A stretch of 64,000 bases of DNA from an uncultured Oligoflexus sp. (lineage in GTDB: Bacteria > Bdellovibrionota_B > Oligoflexia > Oligoflexales > Oligoflexaceae), in NCBI GenBank assembly GCA_964236955.1, contig CAXSGP010000002.1, positions 24,038 through 88,037 on the forward strand, read 5' to 3'. The notes beneath the pieces are model-generated. The model was given only the letters and a program-made list of their open reading frames with translations, ran no database searches and had not been told where the DNA came from. Of the stretch, positions 41,315-50,218 are shown piece after piece. The translations under genes and the position numbers were made by a program. Position 1 is the stretch's first letter. Each line of letters opens with the position of its first letter.

Positions 41315-42463
41315 TCAGAGCTTCCATACGTCTTTATTAACCTGCTCGTTTCCTTCGGAATCGACCGCACTTGTCCCCTCCGTTGCCAGTCGGGAATCCT
41401 TACTCAGTAGAGCCGACAATCCAGTCTTAGTCAATTCCTTGGCATACTGCTGCCAACGCGTTGAGGAAAGAGCCTTAACCCTTTCAAGCTGAAACTGCCC
41501 TTGGCTGAGGCGAACCTGCAAATGAGGGTCCAGCTGTACGACGGTATTGACCCCATCAATTAAGCTCTGATAAACCATTTCCAGCCAGGCGCGTCCCACA
41601 TCCTTTACTTCCCACTCGTTGCGAATCTTAGTCAGCAGCCATTGCGCAGCCGGATAAAACCCTAGGCTTCGCCAGGCCTCCGCTGTGGTCGGTTCTGGCA
41701 GCTGCGCAAAGATCCCGGCATAAAATTTCGACCATTCCTGCCCCGCCCGTGCCAACTCCTTCAGGTTTTTGCCGCTGCCAGGAAACATTCCTTCAAGTTC
41801 GGGTAGAATCTGCTTTCGTATACGATTCCGACTATAGGCAAGTTTAGCATTGGAACTGTCCTCCCGGTGGAGGATTTTTTCTCTCCCTGCAATTTCCTCA
41901 ATATCTTTTCGAGACATTCCCAGGAAGGGTCGCCAGTATAAGCCTTCAAGCCTTTTCATTCCCTGCAGACCGGACAATCCCGAGCCTCGCACAACACGCA
42001 TGAGAATAGTCTCAATGAGATCATCTTCATGATGGGCCAACAGCACTTTATCCTGCGGGCCGCACTGGCTTGCAAACCAATCGTATCTGATCTGACGGGC
42101 CCAATCCTGTATGCCGCTCTTCGCCTGGCGGCCTGCCTCAACCTTTAATAGCCTGCATTCAAGGCCCCGCAGTTTGGCTTGTTCCTGCACAAAGTCCGCA
42201 TCTCCCTCCGACTCTAACCCGCGCAGCCCATAGTTCACATGTAAAACCACCAGAACGGGATCAGGCCTTTGGAGTCTTATCCATTCCGCAAAGAGATCCA
42301 TCAGCACCATCGAGTCCAGACCACCGCTGCAAGCGACAAAGTACTTTGACGGTTTTAGCTCGGGCGCTTCCTGCCTTTCGAAAAGAAAGGACAAAAGCTC
42401 AGATTTGCCGTGCTTAGGGTAACTTTCATAAAAAGGGCTCATTAGGCTTTTCCTTTCATACAT
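41315..42463 (-). CDS. tilS: tRNA(Ile)-lysidine synthase (start uncertain)
   Basis: SGGLDS, HVNYGLR, AR..RY, AHH.DD..ET, DSSN....YSRNRIR. Confidence 0.93.
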   Translation of the reverse strand: MYERKSLMSPFYESYPKHGKSELLSFLFERQEAPELKPSKYFVACSGGLDSMVLMDLFAEWIRLQRPDPVLVVLHVNYGLRGLESEGDADFVQEQAKLRGLECRLLKVEAGRQAKSGIQDWARQIRYDWFASQCGPQDKVLLAHHEDDLIETILMRVVRGSGLSGLQGMKRLEGLYWRPFLGMSRKDIEEIAGREKILHREDSSNAKLAYSRNRIRKQILPELEGMFPGSGKNLKELARAGQEWSKFYAGIFAQLPEPTTAEAWRSLGFYPAAQWLLTKIRNEWEVKDVGRAWLEMVYQSLIDGVNTVVQLDPHLQVRLSQGQFQLERVKALSSTRWQQYAKELTKTGLSALLSKDSRLATEGTSAVDSEGNEQVNKDVWKL

Positions 42464-42662
42464 TTGCGAAAGCTTTGCCAGCGGGTTCTTGTCTTTTTTC
42501 CAAAATAAACCAATATTTTCAATGTCTTATGGATATCTATAAGTCATTGTAATTAAGGACTTATTTATTTACCAAGCTTAAGTATCCGTATTTGTTATTT
42601 TTATCTTCCTAACCAGATCCTCTCGACCCAAGCCCTCAAGATCATCACCTTCTCTTCTTTTT

Positions 42663-42689
42663 TTAAGTTTTTCGCCAAAAGGACGAAGA
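42663..42689 (+). promoter_or_regulatory. Putative sigma28 promoter of flagellin
   Basis: TTAAGTTT-N11-GACGAAGA; implies a leader of about 320 nt. Confidence 0.6.
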
Positions 42690-42701
42690 AGAGTTTGTGA
42701 G

Positions 42702-42961
42702 CTGCTGCACCTTTGACCGCCCAGGCACGGGCACCCTACATCAAGGAGGAAGGGCTATGGTTTTGTATATTCGCATCGCTTTGTCTTCATTCATAGCCCA
42801 AGGGCTTCCCCAAGACAATTCCAAGACCGTCGCTTCCCCTCCTCCCAATCCCGAGTTTGGGCAGGGCCCAAGACCGCGTCCCCGTGCCTACAGCGTCCAG
42901 GTTTTTGCAAACGGCTGAACCGCTCGTACAGTTCTTACGCAAACGTCTGCTGCACCATTGA
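42702..42961 (+). repeat. Direct repeat CTGCTGCACC(T/A)TTGA, two copies
   Basis: 42702-42716 and 42947-42961, 14/15 identical; each is followed by CAAGGAGG-N7-ATGG. Confidence 0.85.
42757..42918 (+). pseudogene. Flagellin-derived 53-codon mini-ORF (relic or regulatory uORF)
   Basis: Strong SD; ungapped identity to the downstream flagellin at M1, S11, IAQ13-15, VAS25-27, GQ35-36. Confidence 0.6.
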
Positions 42962-43012
42962 AGGTCCAGCAACGTCGGCGCGGAATATTTTCTTTAACAA
43001 GGAGGTTTTCTC

Positions 43013-43927
43013 ATGGGTATCAGAGTCAAGACTAACGTTGAATCCTTAATCGCCCAAAAGCATCTCGGTACAAGTCGCGCGGAAGTCGCCTCGTCGATCG
43101 AACGCTTGTCGTCAGGCCAAAGAATCAATAAATCCTCCGATGATGCTGCGGGCTTAGCCGTATCGGAGCAGATTCGGGCCCGGCTCTCGACCATGGACGT
43201 AGCCAAGCGCAACGCCAACGACGGAATCAGCTATATTCAAGTTGCAGAGGGTGGCCTGAACGAAGCGACCAACGTCATGCTGCGCATGCGGCAGCTCGGA
43301 TCGCAGGCGGCGTCCGATACCATCGGCGCGAAGGAGAGGGGGTTTCTCGACAAGGAATTCCAGCAGCTCGCCCAAGAGGTGGGCCGCATCGTCAAGACGA
43401 CCGAATTTAACGGTCGTAAAGTCCTTGAGCCTGGTGGTAACGATGCCATGCGCATCTTTGTCGGCAGCAGCAACCGGGGCAATGTCAAGGGATCCGCCCC
43501 TGACGTCGATGCCGATAATGACCCGGACATCCTCACGCTCAATCTCAAGGATCTCGAGCAGCTCAGTAGCGCTCTTGATAAAGTTGTCAACGGCGGTCTC
43601 GCGGTGACGACCGATGGCGACGGTGGAGCTGCGGATCTCGGTCCAACTGGCACCGAAGGGCTTTTCAATGTTATTGATACCGCTGTGAATGAAGTCGCTT
43701 CCTATCGCGCTTCGCTCGGCTCGGTCCAATCCCGTCTGAATTCAGCGATTTCCAATATTGATGTGACCAACGAGAACCTGCAGGCCGCCAACAGCCGTAT
43801 TCGTGACGTCGACTTCGCTTCGGAAACCGCGCGCTTCACGCAAAACAAAATCCTTGAGCAGGCCGGCGCCTCCGTCCTTGCTCACGCCAACAGCGAACCG
43901 GAAATCGTTCTGCAGATGCTGCGCTAA
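43013..43927 (+). CDS. fliC: Flagellin
   Basis: ERLSSGQRINKSSDDAAGLAV, RNANDGIS.IQ.AEG, RA.LG..QSRL, SRIRDVDFA.E. Confidence 0.98.
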   Translation: MGIRVKTNVESLIAQKHLGTSRAEVASSIERLSSGQRINKSSDDAAGLAVSEQIRARLSTMDVAKRNANDGISYIQVAEGGLNEATNVMLRMRQLGSQAASDTIGAKERGFLDKEFQQLAQEVGRIVKTTEFNGRKVLEPGGNDAMRIFVGSSNRGNVKGSAPDVDADNDPDILTLNLKDLEQLSSALDKVVNGGLAVTTDGDGGAADLGPTGTEGLFNVIDTAVNEVASYRASLGSVQSRLNSAISNIDVTNENLQAANSRIRDVDFASETARFTQNKILEQAGASVLAHANSEPEIVLQMLR

Positions 43928-43937
43928 GCACGGCTCT

Positions 43938-43970
43938 TTGAGTAAGGGAGGCCGCAGGGCCTCCCCTCAA
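43938..43970 (+). terminator. GC-rich hairpin after flagellin (no T tract)
   Basis: TTGAG..GGGAGGCC-GCAG-GGCCTCCC-CTCAA. Confidence 0.55.
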
Positions 43971-44135
43971 GCGAAACGAGGCTGGCAAGATCTGGATTTC
44001 GGCCTTCTAGATATTTCCTCGGCGACAATGATATACTGGCCTATACTATGGCTAGGTTCCTCTTTGTGCTGCGGATGGGAAAGTCTGAACAAAAGCAGGC
44101 TGAGGCGGGTCGGTCGACCGAAAGGGAATATCCAG

Positions 44136-44822
44136 TTGCGATACGTACTTCTTATTCTATTCTTACTCAACCTGCTCCTAGCGGGCCAGGTGGCATGGGC
44201 AAATCCTGCCGACTACACCATCCTTGGCGTGATAACCAGTAACAAGGATAAAAAAGGTGTAGCCCTCATCAAGACCAAATCCAACGGCAAGGTCAGCGCT
44301 TTCAAAGAGGGCGATGAGGTTGTCAAGGGCACTCGTATTAAAAGCATCCTTCGCAAGACAGTGACGTTTTCCTTTGAGAAAAAATTCTATGAACTTTCGG
44401 TGGGCGAGGATAACCCTAAAGAAGTAAAAGGGGAGGGCGATCGTGAACGTTCCATCGCCTCAAATCTCAACAACGCCCAGGGCATCGAAAAGTCCGGCGA
44501 CACGCTAAAGGTATCGCGCGCGTTAAAAGACAGTCTCGCCACTGGCGAGGGTTTGAATAAGATACTGATGCAGGCGGCCACCATCCCCTATGTGGAAAAC
44601 GGCAAACTCCTGGGCTTTCGTATCCTTGAGATTGATCCAGGCAGCATCTACGATGTCGCCGGCTTTCAGAACGGTGACGTTATCACTCATATTAATGAGC
44701 AGCCCATCAACGATGCAGGGCTGGCGCTAAGGGCTTTGAGTTCGCTTAAAACGGCATCATCAGCGACATTCAATTATCTACGGGGTTCAATGCCGATGAC
44801 TCTTACGATAGAAATCAAATGA
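44136..44822 (+). CDS. GspC-like PDZ-domain protein
   Basis: N-terminal hydrophobic segment, HR-like LGVI...ALI...F..GD, PY.ENGK..GFRI..I.PGS.Y..AG.QNGDVI..IN; start set at TTG 44136 after AAAGGGA. Confidence 0.8.
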   Translation: MRYVLLILFLLNLLLAGQVAWANPADYTILGVITSNKDKKGVALIKTKSNGKVSAFKEGDEVVKGTRIKSILRKTVTFSFEKKFYELSVGEDNPKEVKGEGDRERSIASNLNNAQGIEKSGDTLKVSRALKDSLATGEGLNKILMQAATIPYVENGKLLGFRILEIDPGSIYDVAGFQNGDVITHINEQPINDAGLALRALSSLKTASSATFNYLRGSMPMTLTIEIK

Positions 44823-45220
44823 ACGACTCGCATCTAAGTGTCGAACGCTGGATCAAGCCCGCATTTCATGCAAAAATGCCTGCGGTCGGGCCGAAGCTTC
44901 TTCGCCTGAGCAGCACCTCCAGAACCTGTTGGCGAGGGCTTGAACGTTCGGCTTGGTCCTTGCCCATACGACCTGCCAGCATCCGCCGCTACGTCTTTCA
45001 ACATTGGAAAGAATTTTCCAGGAGTCGTGTCGAGGATCGAACGATTAAGGCCACCTTTAAAGCGGCCACCGGAAGAGGTCGTGCCCTTGATATTAAGCTC
45101 TTCGGTTGCGATGAACCGAGCTTTCCTTATAAGGTTCACAGGTGCCGCTTCCAAGGCCCTACAATCATCCCCAAAGCCAAGCCGAGTTTGAGGCCGAGCC
45201 TCAAGTCGTAAGCTCAAGTT

Positions 45221-46870
45221 CTAACCGCGCAAATCTTTACGCAGTATCTTACCTACATTGGACTTGGGTAGATCGTTGACAAAGGCATAATGGCGAGGAC
45301 GTTTATAGCCAGTCAATTCTTTTTCGCAGAAGGCTTTGAGTTCAGCCTCGCTAAGACTTGCATCCTTTTTTACCACGAATGCCTTCACCGCCTCTCCACT
45401 GTGGGCATCGGGAACCCCAATAACGGCAACTTCCAATACCTTGGGATTGCTCATGATCACATTTTCCACTTCATTGGGGTAAACGTTGAATCCGGAGACT
45501 AAAACCATGTCCTTCTTGCGATCGACGATAAAGAAAAGGCCTTTTTCATCCATCCTGGCAATGTCACCCGTAAAGAGCCAGCCATCTCGTATGGATGCCG
45601 CCGTTTCCTTTTCGTTTTGCCAATAGCCGGCCATGATCTGGGGGCCCTTAATCGCTAGCTCTCCCACTTCGCCTAGGCCAAGCGTTTTGCCGGCATCGTC
45701 GCGGATTTCCGCAAAGGTCGACGGCAGGGGCACACCGATAGAACCGTAGGGAATATTGAGATGAATCGGATTGCAATGGGTCACGGGCGAAGCTTCGGTC
45801 AGGCCATAGCCCTCGACGACCCGAGTGCCGGTCAGGCGTTGGAATTCCTCGCCAACTGTCGACTGCAGGGCCATGCCGCCGGCCAGCGCAAATTTTAAAG
45901 TCTTGGGAGGATTGGCTTTGAATGCGGCGTTGTTATTCATCGCGTTATAAAGCGTATTGATCCCCGTCATCACTGTAATTCTATACTTGCTGAAAAGTTT
46001 GACCGTGTTCTCGATCGGCACGGGCTTCGGCACGAGTAGCATCTCGCCGCCAAGCGTAAGGAAGGCCAAAAAGTTCACTGTCAAAGCAAAGATGTGATAG
46101 AGGGGAAGGGCGGTGAGAATGACTTCTTCACCATCGATCACATAGGGGCTGGCCCAGGCCTGAATCTGCTTCACGTTGGCGATGATATTTCTATGGGTCA
46201 GCATTGCGCCTTTAGAGAGGCCCGTCGTACCGCCTGTATACTGCAGGATCGCAATATCATCGAGACCGACCTTGGGCTTTTTATAGGACTTGCCCGCGCC
46301 GGCACTGAGTGCGCTCTTAAAGGGCTTTACTTTAAGGCCATGTTTGGGAACCTGACCTTTCACCTTGAGCACAGTGTCGACCAGAAGGCCCTTCCAGGCA
46401 GGCATCTGATCGCCGATGCTGGTGACGATCACCGTTTCAATCTGCGTATCTTTGATGATCTCTTCAAGCTTATCGACGAAAAGATTCAAAATCACCAATA
46501 CTTTGGCCCCGGAATCGGCAAACTGATGCTTCATTTCACGGGGCGTATAGAGAGGATTGGTGTTGACGCAAATCGCTCCAATTTTCGTCGCCGCAAAAAG
46601 CGCAATGGGAAACTGAATGATATTCGGCAGCATGATGGCTATGCGATCGCCTTTGGAAAGTTTCGCATCCGTTTGCAAATAGGCGGCAAAATCATTGGAA
46701 AGGCGCTCAAATTGCTGAAACGAAATGCTCGTTCCCATGCAGGTGAGGGCTTTCTTAGCCGCATACTTTTTACAGGTGTCCTCTATCAATGAAGCCACCG
46801 TCGTGCCTTCGGAAATAGAGATAGTGGGACCAACTTTATCGGGATACTGCTTCAACCAAGCGTGACTCAT
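45221..46870 (-). CDS. fadD: Long-chain fatty acid-CoA ligase
   Basis: LQYTGGTTGLSKGAMLTH, EGYGLTEASP, TGDIA, DRKKDM..VSGFNVYPNE, LPKSNVGKILR. Confidence 0.95.
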   Translation of the reverse strand: MSHAWLKQYPDKVGPTISISEGTTVASLIEDTCKKYAAKKALTCMGTSISFQQFERLSNDFAAYLQTDAKLSKGDRIAIMLPNIIQFPIALFAATKIGAICVNTNPLYTPREMKHQFADSGAKVLVILNLFVDKLEEIIKDTQIETVIVTSIGDQMPAWKGLLVDTVLKVKGQVPKHGLKVKPFKSALSAGAGKSYKKPKVGLDDIAILQYTGGTTGLSKGAMLTHRNIIANVKQIQAWASPYVIDGEEVILTALPLYHIFALTVNFLAFLTLGGEMLLVPKPVPIENTVKLFSKYRITVMTGINTLYNAMNNNAAFKANPPKTLKFALAGGMALQSTVGEEFQRLTGTRVVEGYGLTEASPVTHCNPIHLNIPYGSIGVPLPSTFAEIRDDAGKTLGLGEVGELAIKGPQIMAGYWQNEKETAASIRDGWLFTGDIARMDEKGLFFIVDRKKDMVLVSGFNVYPNEVENVIMSNPKVLEVAVIGVPDAHSGEAVKAFVVKKDASLSEAELKAFCEKELTGYKRPRHYAFVNDLPKSNVGKILRKDLRG

Positions 46871-46977
46871 GATCACACACCTCCAAGCCACTTTTCCGCA
46901 TATTGCGTATCTAGGATAGCTTCACTTTTTTAGGGTCTTTTCGTGAAGAAAGTGCGAATATACTCTGGTCTGTCCCC

Positions 46978-47520
46978 TTGAGCCAGCTAAAAGAGAGGCT
47001 CCTAGTGTTTGCCTTCGACGCCAAAGAATTAAACTCCATCCTTGTCAAGGTTCACGAGACTTGCCTGCAACGTAAACTCACGCTCGTTACGGCCGAGAGC
47101 TGCACCGGTGGATTACTCAGCGCCATCCTGAGTTCGAAAAGTGGAAGTTCGGCCTATTTTTCCGGCGGCGTCTGTTCGTATTCTAACGAACTTAAAACTA
47201 AGCTCCTCAATGTTCCGGCTGCCGTCATCGCCGAGGCGGGAGCCGTCTCTGAGCTGGTGGCAAAATTGATGGCGGAAGGGGCGCGGGCTTTTTCCGGAGC
47301 AGACTTTGGCATCTCCATTACTGGCATCGCCGGCCCCGGAGGCGCCACTCCCGGCAAAGCCGTTGGCACGGTTTACTGTGCCTGGGCCATGGACAAATCC
47401 ACTGAGGTTGAACGGCTTCAACTGCATGGGGATCGCGATTCCATACGGGCACAAACGTGCCTTATTGCACTAGCCGGGCTCTATTCACGTATTTTAACGA
47501 ATTCCGAGGAGGTCCCTTGA
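46978..47520 (+). CDS. cinA: CinA C-terminal domain / NMN deamidase (PncC-like)
   Basis: TAESCTGG, GSS.YF.GG..SYSN..K, GAVS..VA..MAEGA, ITGIAGPGG; alternative GTG start at 47005. Confidence 0.9.
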   Translation: MSQLKERLLVFAFDAKELNSILVKVHETCLQRKLTLVTAESCTGGLLSAILSSKSGSSAYFSGGVCSYSNELKTKLLNVPAAVIAEAGAVSELVAKLMAEGARAFSGADFGISITGIAGPGGATPGKAVGTVYCAWAMDKSTEVERLQLHGDRDSIRAQTCLIALAGLYSRILTNSEEVP

Positions 47521-48164
47521 AACGTCGCCTTATTTTGCTGGCCGCCCTAGCCTGTCTGACAACCGCGAAAGCCCGGGGGGCCGAGCCGACTGAAACCAAG
47601 TATGATCAGATTTTTTCATCGATCGATAATCTTAGCGTCGACTTCACCCAGACCACTTATAAAAAACTCAGAAATAAAAGCAACGTCCGGCAGGGCGATG
47701 CCCTATTTTCCAAGCCTGGGATGTTTCGCTGGAACTTCACCAATGATAAGGCCGGCCTGGAAGAGTACTACTTTAATGGCGAAACCCTGACCCACTATCG
47801 TGATAAAGAAAATCTGGTGAATCATTATAATACCAATGCCGGCTTAGCGCGCGAGCTCAAGGAGGTCGTGACTCTGGTCCTCGATCCCAAGGCTCTCTTC
47901 AGTCGCTATAAGGTAAAAGACAGCAAGACGAACAATCAAAAAACCACAGTGACTCTGGAACCACGCTCCAAGGAAGGCACCGACATTGAGACGATCAATG
48001 TGCAGGTGGAAGACGAGCAGAAATATGTAGAGGACGTCCAAATCTTCTATAATGATGGAAACAATACCCGTTTTTCCTTTAAGAATCCAAAAAAGACCCG
48101 GAACGATCCCGCCGTGTTTACCTTTAGCCGTAAGGGTAATTTCACCGTGAGGCACCACGGCTGA
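47517..48164 (+). CDS. lolA: LolA family lipoprotein carrier
   Basis: Signal peptide, DFTQT...G...FSKPGMFRW, F.F.N...N..F.F; GAGGAGG SD before TTG. Confidence 0.82.
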   Translation: MKRRLILLAALACLTTAKARGAEPTETKYDQIFSSIDNLSVDFTQTTYKKLRNKSNVRQGDALFSKPGMFRWNFTNDKAGLEEYYFNGETLTHYRDKENLVNHYNTNAGLARELKEVVTLVLDPKALFSRYKVKDSKTNNQKTTVTLEPRSKEGTDIETINVQVEDEQKYVEDVQIFYNDGNNTRFSFKNPKKTRNDPAVFTFSRKGNFTVRHHG

Positions 48165-48239
48165 CCAGAATATCGGCAGCAGCTGTCGCTGCTGCCCTCA
48201 CCCTTTCCTATCCTCCCGTAACCTAACTCCTATTGAGTG

Positions 48240-48267
48240 TAAAGTTTTTGGCCGCACCTGCCGATAA
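48240..48267 (+). promoter_or_regulatory. Putative sigma28 promoter of the sigma54 activator gene
   Basis: TAAAGTTT-N12-GCCGATAA; both boxes perfect, spacer one nt longer than the E. coli consensus. Confidence 0.7.
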
Positions 48268-48316
48268 GCTTTGCATATGCGAGGTATTTGGACACTCGCC
48301 TTGGGGAGAGCCTCTT

Positions 48317-49876
48317 ATGTCTCAGGAAACGGTACGTTGGGAAGACTTCGATAAGATGCACGTCATCAGAAAGCTCAAGGAGATAGTGGGTAAGTGGTGG
48401 AAGGTGCAAATCAACTTCACGGACAAGCGTGGTTTTTTACGCGGCGTTCCGGAAGGGAAATTTTTTAATCCGCTCAACCCTATCTGTCAGGCGATCGTCG
48501 CCGACGAAAAAGGCTTTGGGAAGCGGGTGACCACGGCCCGGCAGACTACGGTGGAATCGGTCAATGCCAAGAGCGCGCGCATTACTCAGGACGTCACAGG
48601 ATTTTCGGTTATTTCCGTACCGATCCACGTCAACGGCGATTTCTTCGGAACGGTGTTTGGCGATGGCTTCATCTGTGAAGACAGTGCCGCCGCGCAAAAG
48701 ACCCTGATCAAGGAATATCTGGAACGCGATTTCCCGAACCGCAAAGATCTCCTTGGCAAGATCGATGCCCTGCCCGTCCTATCGTCAAGTGAACTGCACT
48801 ACCTGACCGAGCTCATCATTCTCGTCGTTGATGAGATTCTGATCATGCATAAAAATCTCTATGATGAGAAGAGTAAGGTCAGCGAACTCTCGAAAGAGCT
48901 AGGGCAGCGTTATGGCTTCGATCGCATGATCGGAAAATCGATGGCCATGCAGGATCTCTATCGCCTCCTCGAAAAAATCTGCGACTCGGAAACGACGGTC
49001 CTTATCCAAGGCGAAAACGGAACGGGTAAGGAATTGATCGCCAAAGCCCTGCACTACAATTCGAAGCGTAAGAATAAGCGTTTCCTCGTGGTGAACTGCG
49101 GAGCTTTCAACGACAATCTCCTTGAATCCGAACTCTTCGGCCACGTTAAGGGCGCCTTCACGGGGGCTATCAAAGACAAAAAGGGTATGTTCGAAGCTGC
49201 CGACGGCGGCACTCTTTTCCTCGATGAGATCGGCGATACCACTCCGCAGATGCAGGTCAAGCTCCTTCGCGTTCTCCAGGAAGGAACCTTTACGCCCGTC
49301 GGTAGCACCGAGGTTAGACGCTGTCAGGTCAGAACCTTGGCGGCCACCAACAAAAACCTCCTGCAGATGGTGTCGACCGGCGACTTCCGCGAGGATCTTT
49401 ACTACCGCCTGAACGTCATCAACGTTGCGGTACCAAGCCTTCGCGATCGCAAAGATGATATTCCCCTCCTCCTCGAGCACTTTCTGAACCGCTATGCAAA
49501 AACCAGCGGCGCTCCCAAAAAAAATATCGCCAAGGATTGCCTGGAACGATTGATGGACCATGAGTGGCCGGGGAACGTTCGGGAACTCGAGAACGAAGTG
49601 GAACGTCTCTGCGTTCTCGCCGGAGAAGACAAAGAATTGCCAGAGGATCTCCTGTCGGCCCGAATCAAAGAAAGCACCAAAAAGAAATTCCCAGGTCTTC
49701 GCATCAGCGGCAACCTCAAGGATTCGCTCGAAGACATGGAAAAGGTCATGATACTCGAAGGCTTGGAAAGAAACGGTTGGAACAAGTCGCGGCTTGCCAA
49801 GGAATTGGGAATCAGTCGCGCCGGGCTCATCACCAAAGTTCAGAAGTATGGTCTTGAAAAACGAAAAATAAGCTAA
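48317..49876 (+). CDS. Sigma54-dependent activator with PocR-like sensor domain and Fis HTH
   Basis: [50 protein letters not shown]-terminal PIC..I...G...G......VPI...G...G pattern. Confidence 0.92.
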   Translation: MSQETVRWEDFDKMHVIRKLKEIVGKWWKVQINFTDKRGFLRGVPEGKFFNPLNPICQAIVADEKGFGKRVTTARQTTVESVNAKSARITQDVTGFSVISVPIHVNGDFFGTVFGDGFICEDSAAAQKTLIKEYLERDFPNRKDLLGKIDALPVLSSSELHYLTELIILVVDEILIMHKNLYDEKSKVSELSKELGQRYGFDRMIGKSMAMQDLYRLLEKICDSETTVLIQGENGTGKELIAKALHYNSKRKNKRFLVVNCGAFNDNLLESELFGHVKGAFTGAIKDKKGMFEAADGGTLFLDEIGDTTPQMQVKLLRVLQEGTFTPVGSTEVRRCQVRTLAATNKNLLQMVSTGDFREDLYYRLNVINVAVPSLRDRKDDIPLLLEHFLNRYAKTSGAPKKNIAKDCLERLMDHEWPGNVRELENEVERLCVLAGEDKELPEDLLSARIKESTKKKFPGLRISGNLKDSLEDMEKVMILEGLERNGWNKSRLAKELGISRAGLITKVQKYGLEKRKIS

Positions 49877-49912
49877 TTCGTAATTTCCACCCCAACAATC
49901 AAGGATGATTCC

Positions 49913-50218
49913 ATGGCCCTTAAGCTTTTTGCCAAAACAGCTGAAACAGAAGTTCAAGTCGATCAGGATTCACGTGTGGCCCGTCTCGAAAAACACGTCG
50001 AGGATATGACTTTGGAAATGGGCAAATTAAAGACCGAAGTTGATACGATGGTCGCCCGACAGCAGGGCTTTCGCCTGGCTTTGCGCCGTCTGCGTGAGTA
50101 TCTCGAGGAAAGAGGCATTCAGGAACGTACAACGGCCGAAGTGAAAGAAGACGAAAGAGCCGCTTCAAACGTGCCCGCGGCAGCAAACACGAGAAAAGAC
50201 AAGACAGGTCTTCACTGA
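49913..50218 (+). CDS. Small coiled-coil hypothetical protein
   Basis: AAGGA SD, heptad pattern, follows the activator gene. Confidence 0.65.
   Translation: MALKLFAKTAETEVQVDQDSRVARLEKHVEDMTLEMGKLKTEVDTMVARQQGFRLALRRLREYLEERGIQERTTAEVKEDERAASNVPAAANTRKDKTGLH

Noticed and set aside
42465..42480. Sigma54-like TGGCAAAGCTTTCGCA on the minus strand before tilS
   Set aside because: Imperfect boxes and it abuts the ORF start; plausible only if tilS starts further downstream.
44819..45217. Overlapping 127-130 aa ORFs between the gspC-like gene and fadD
   Set aside because: No SD or family motifs; no tmRNA or RNase P signatures seen either.
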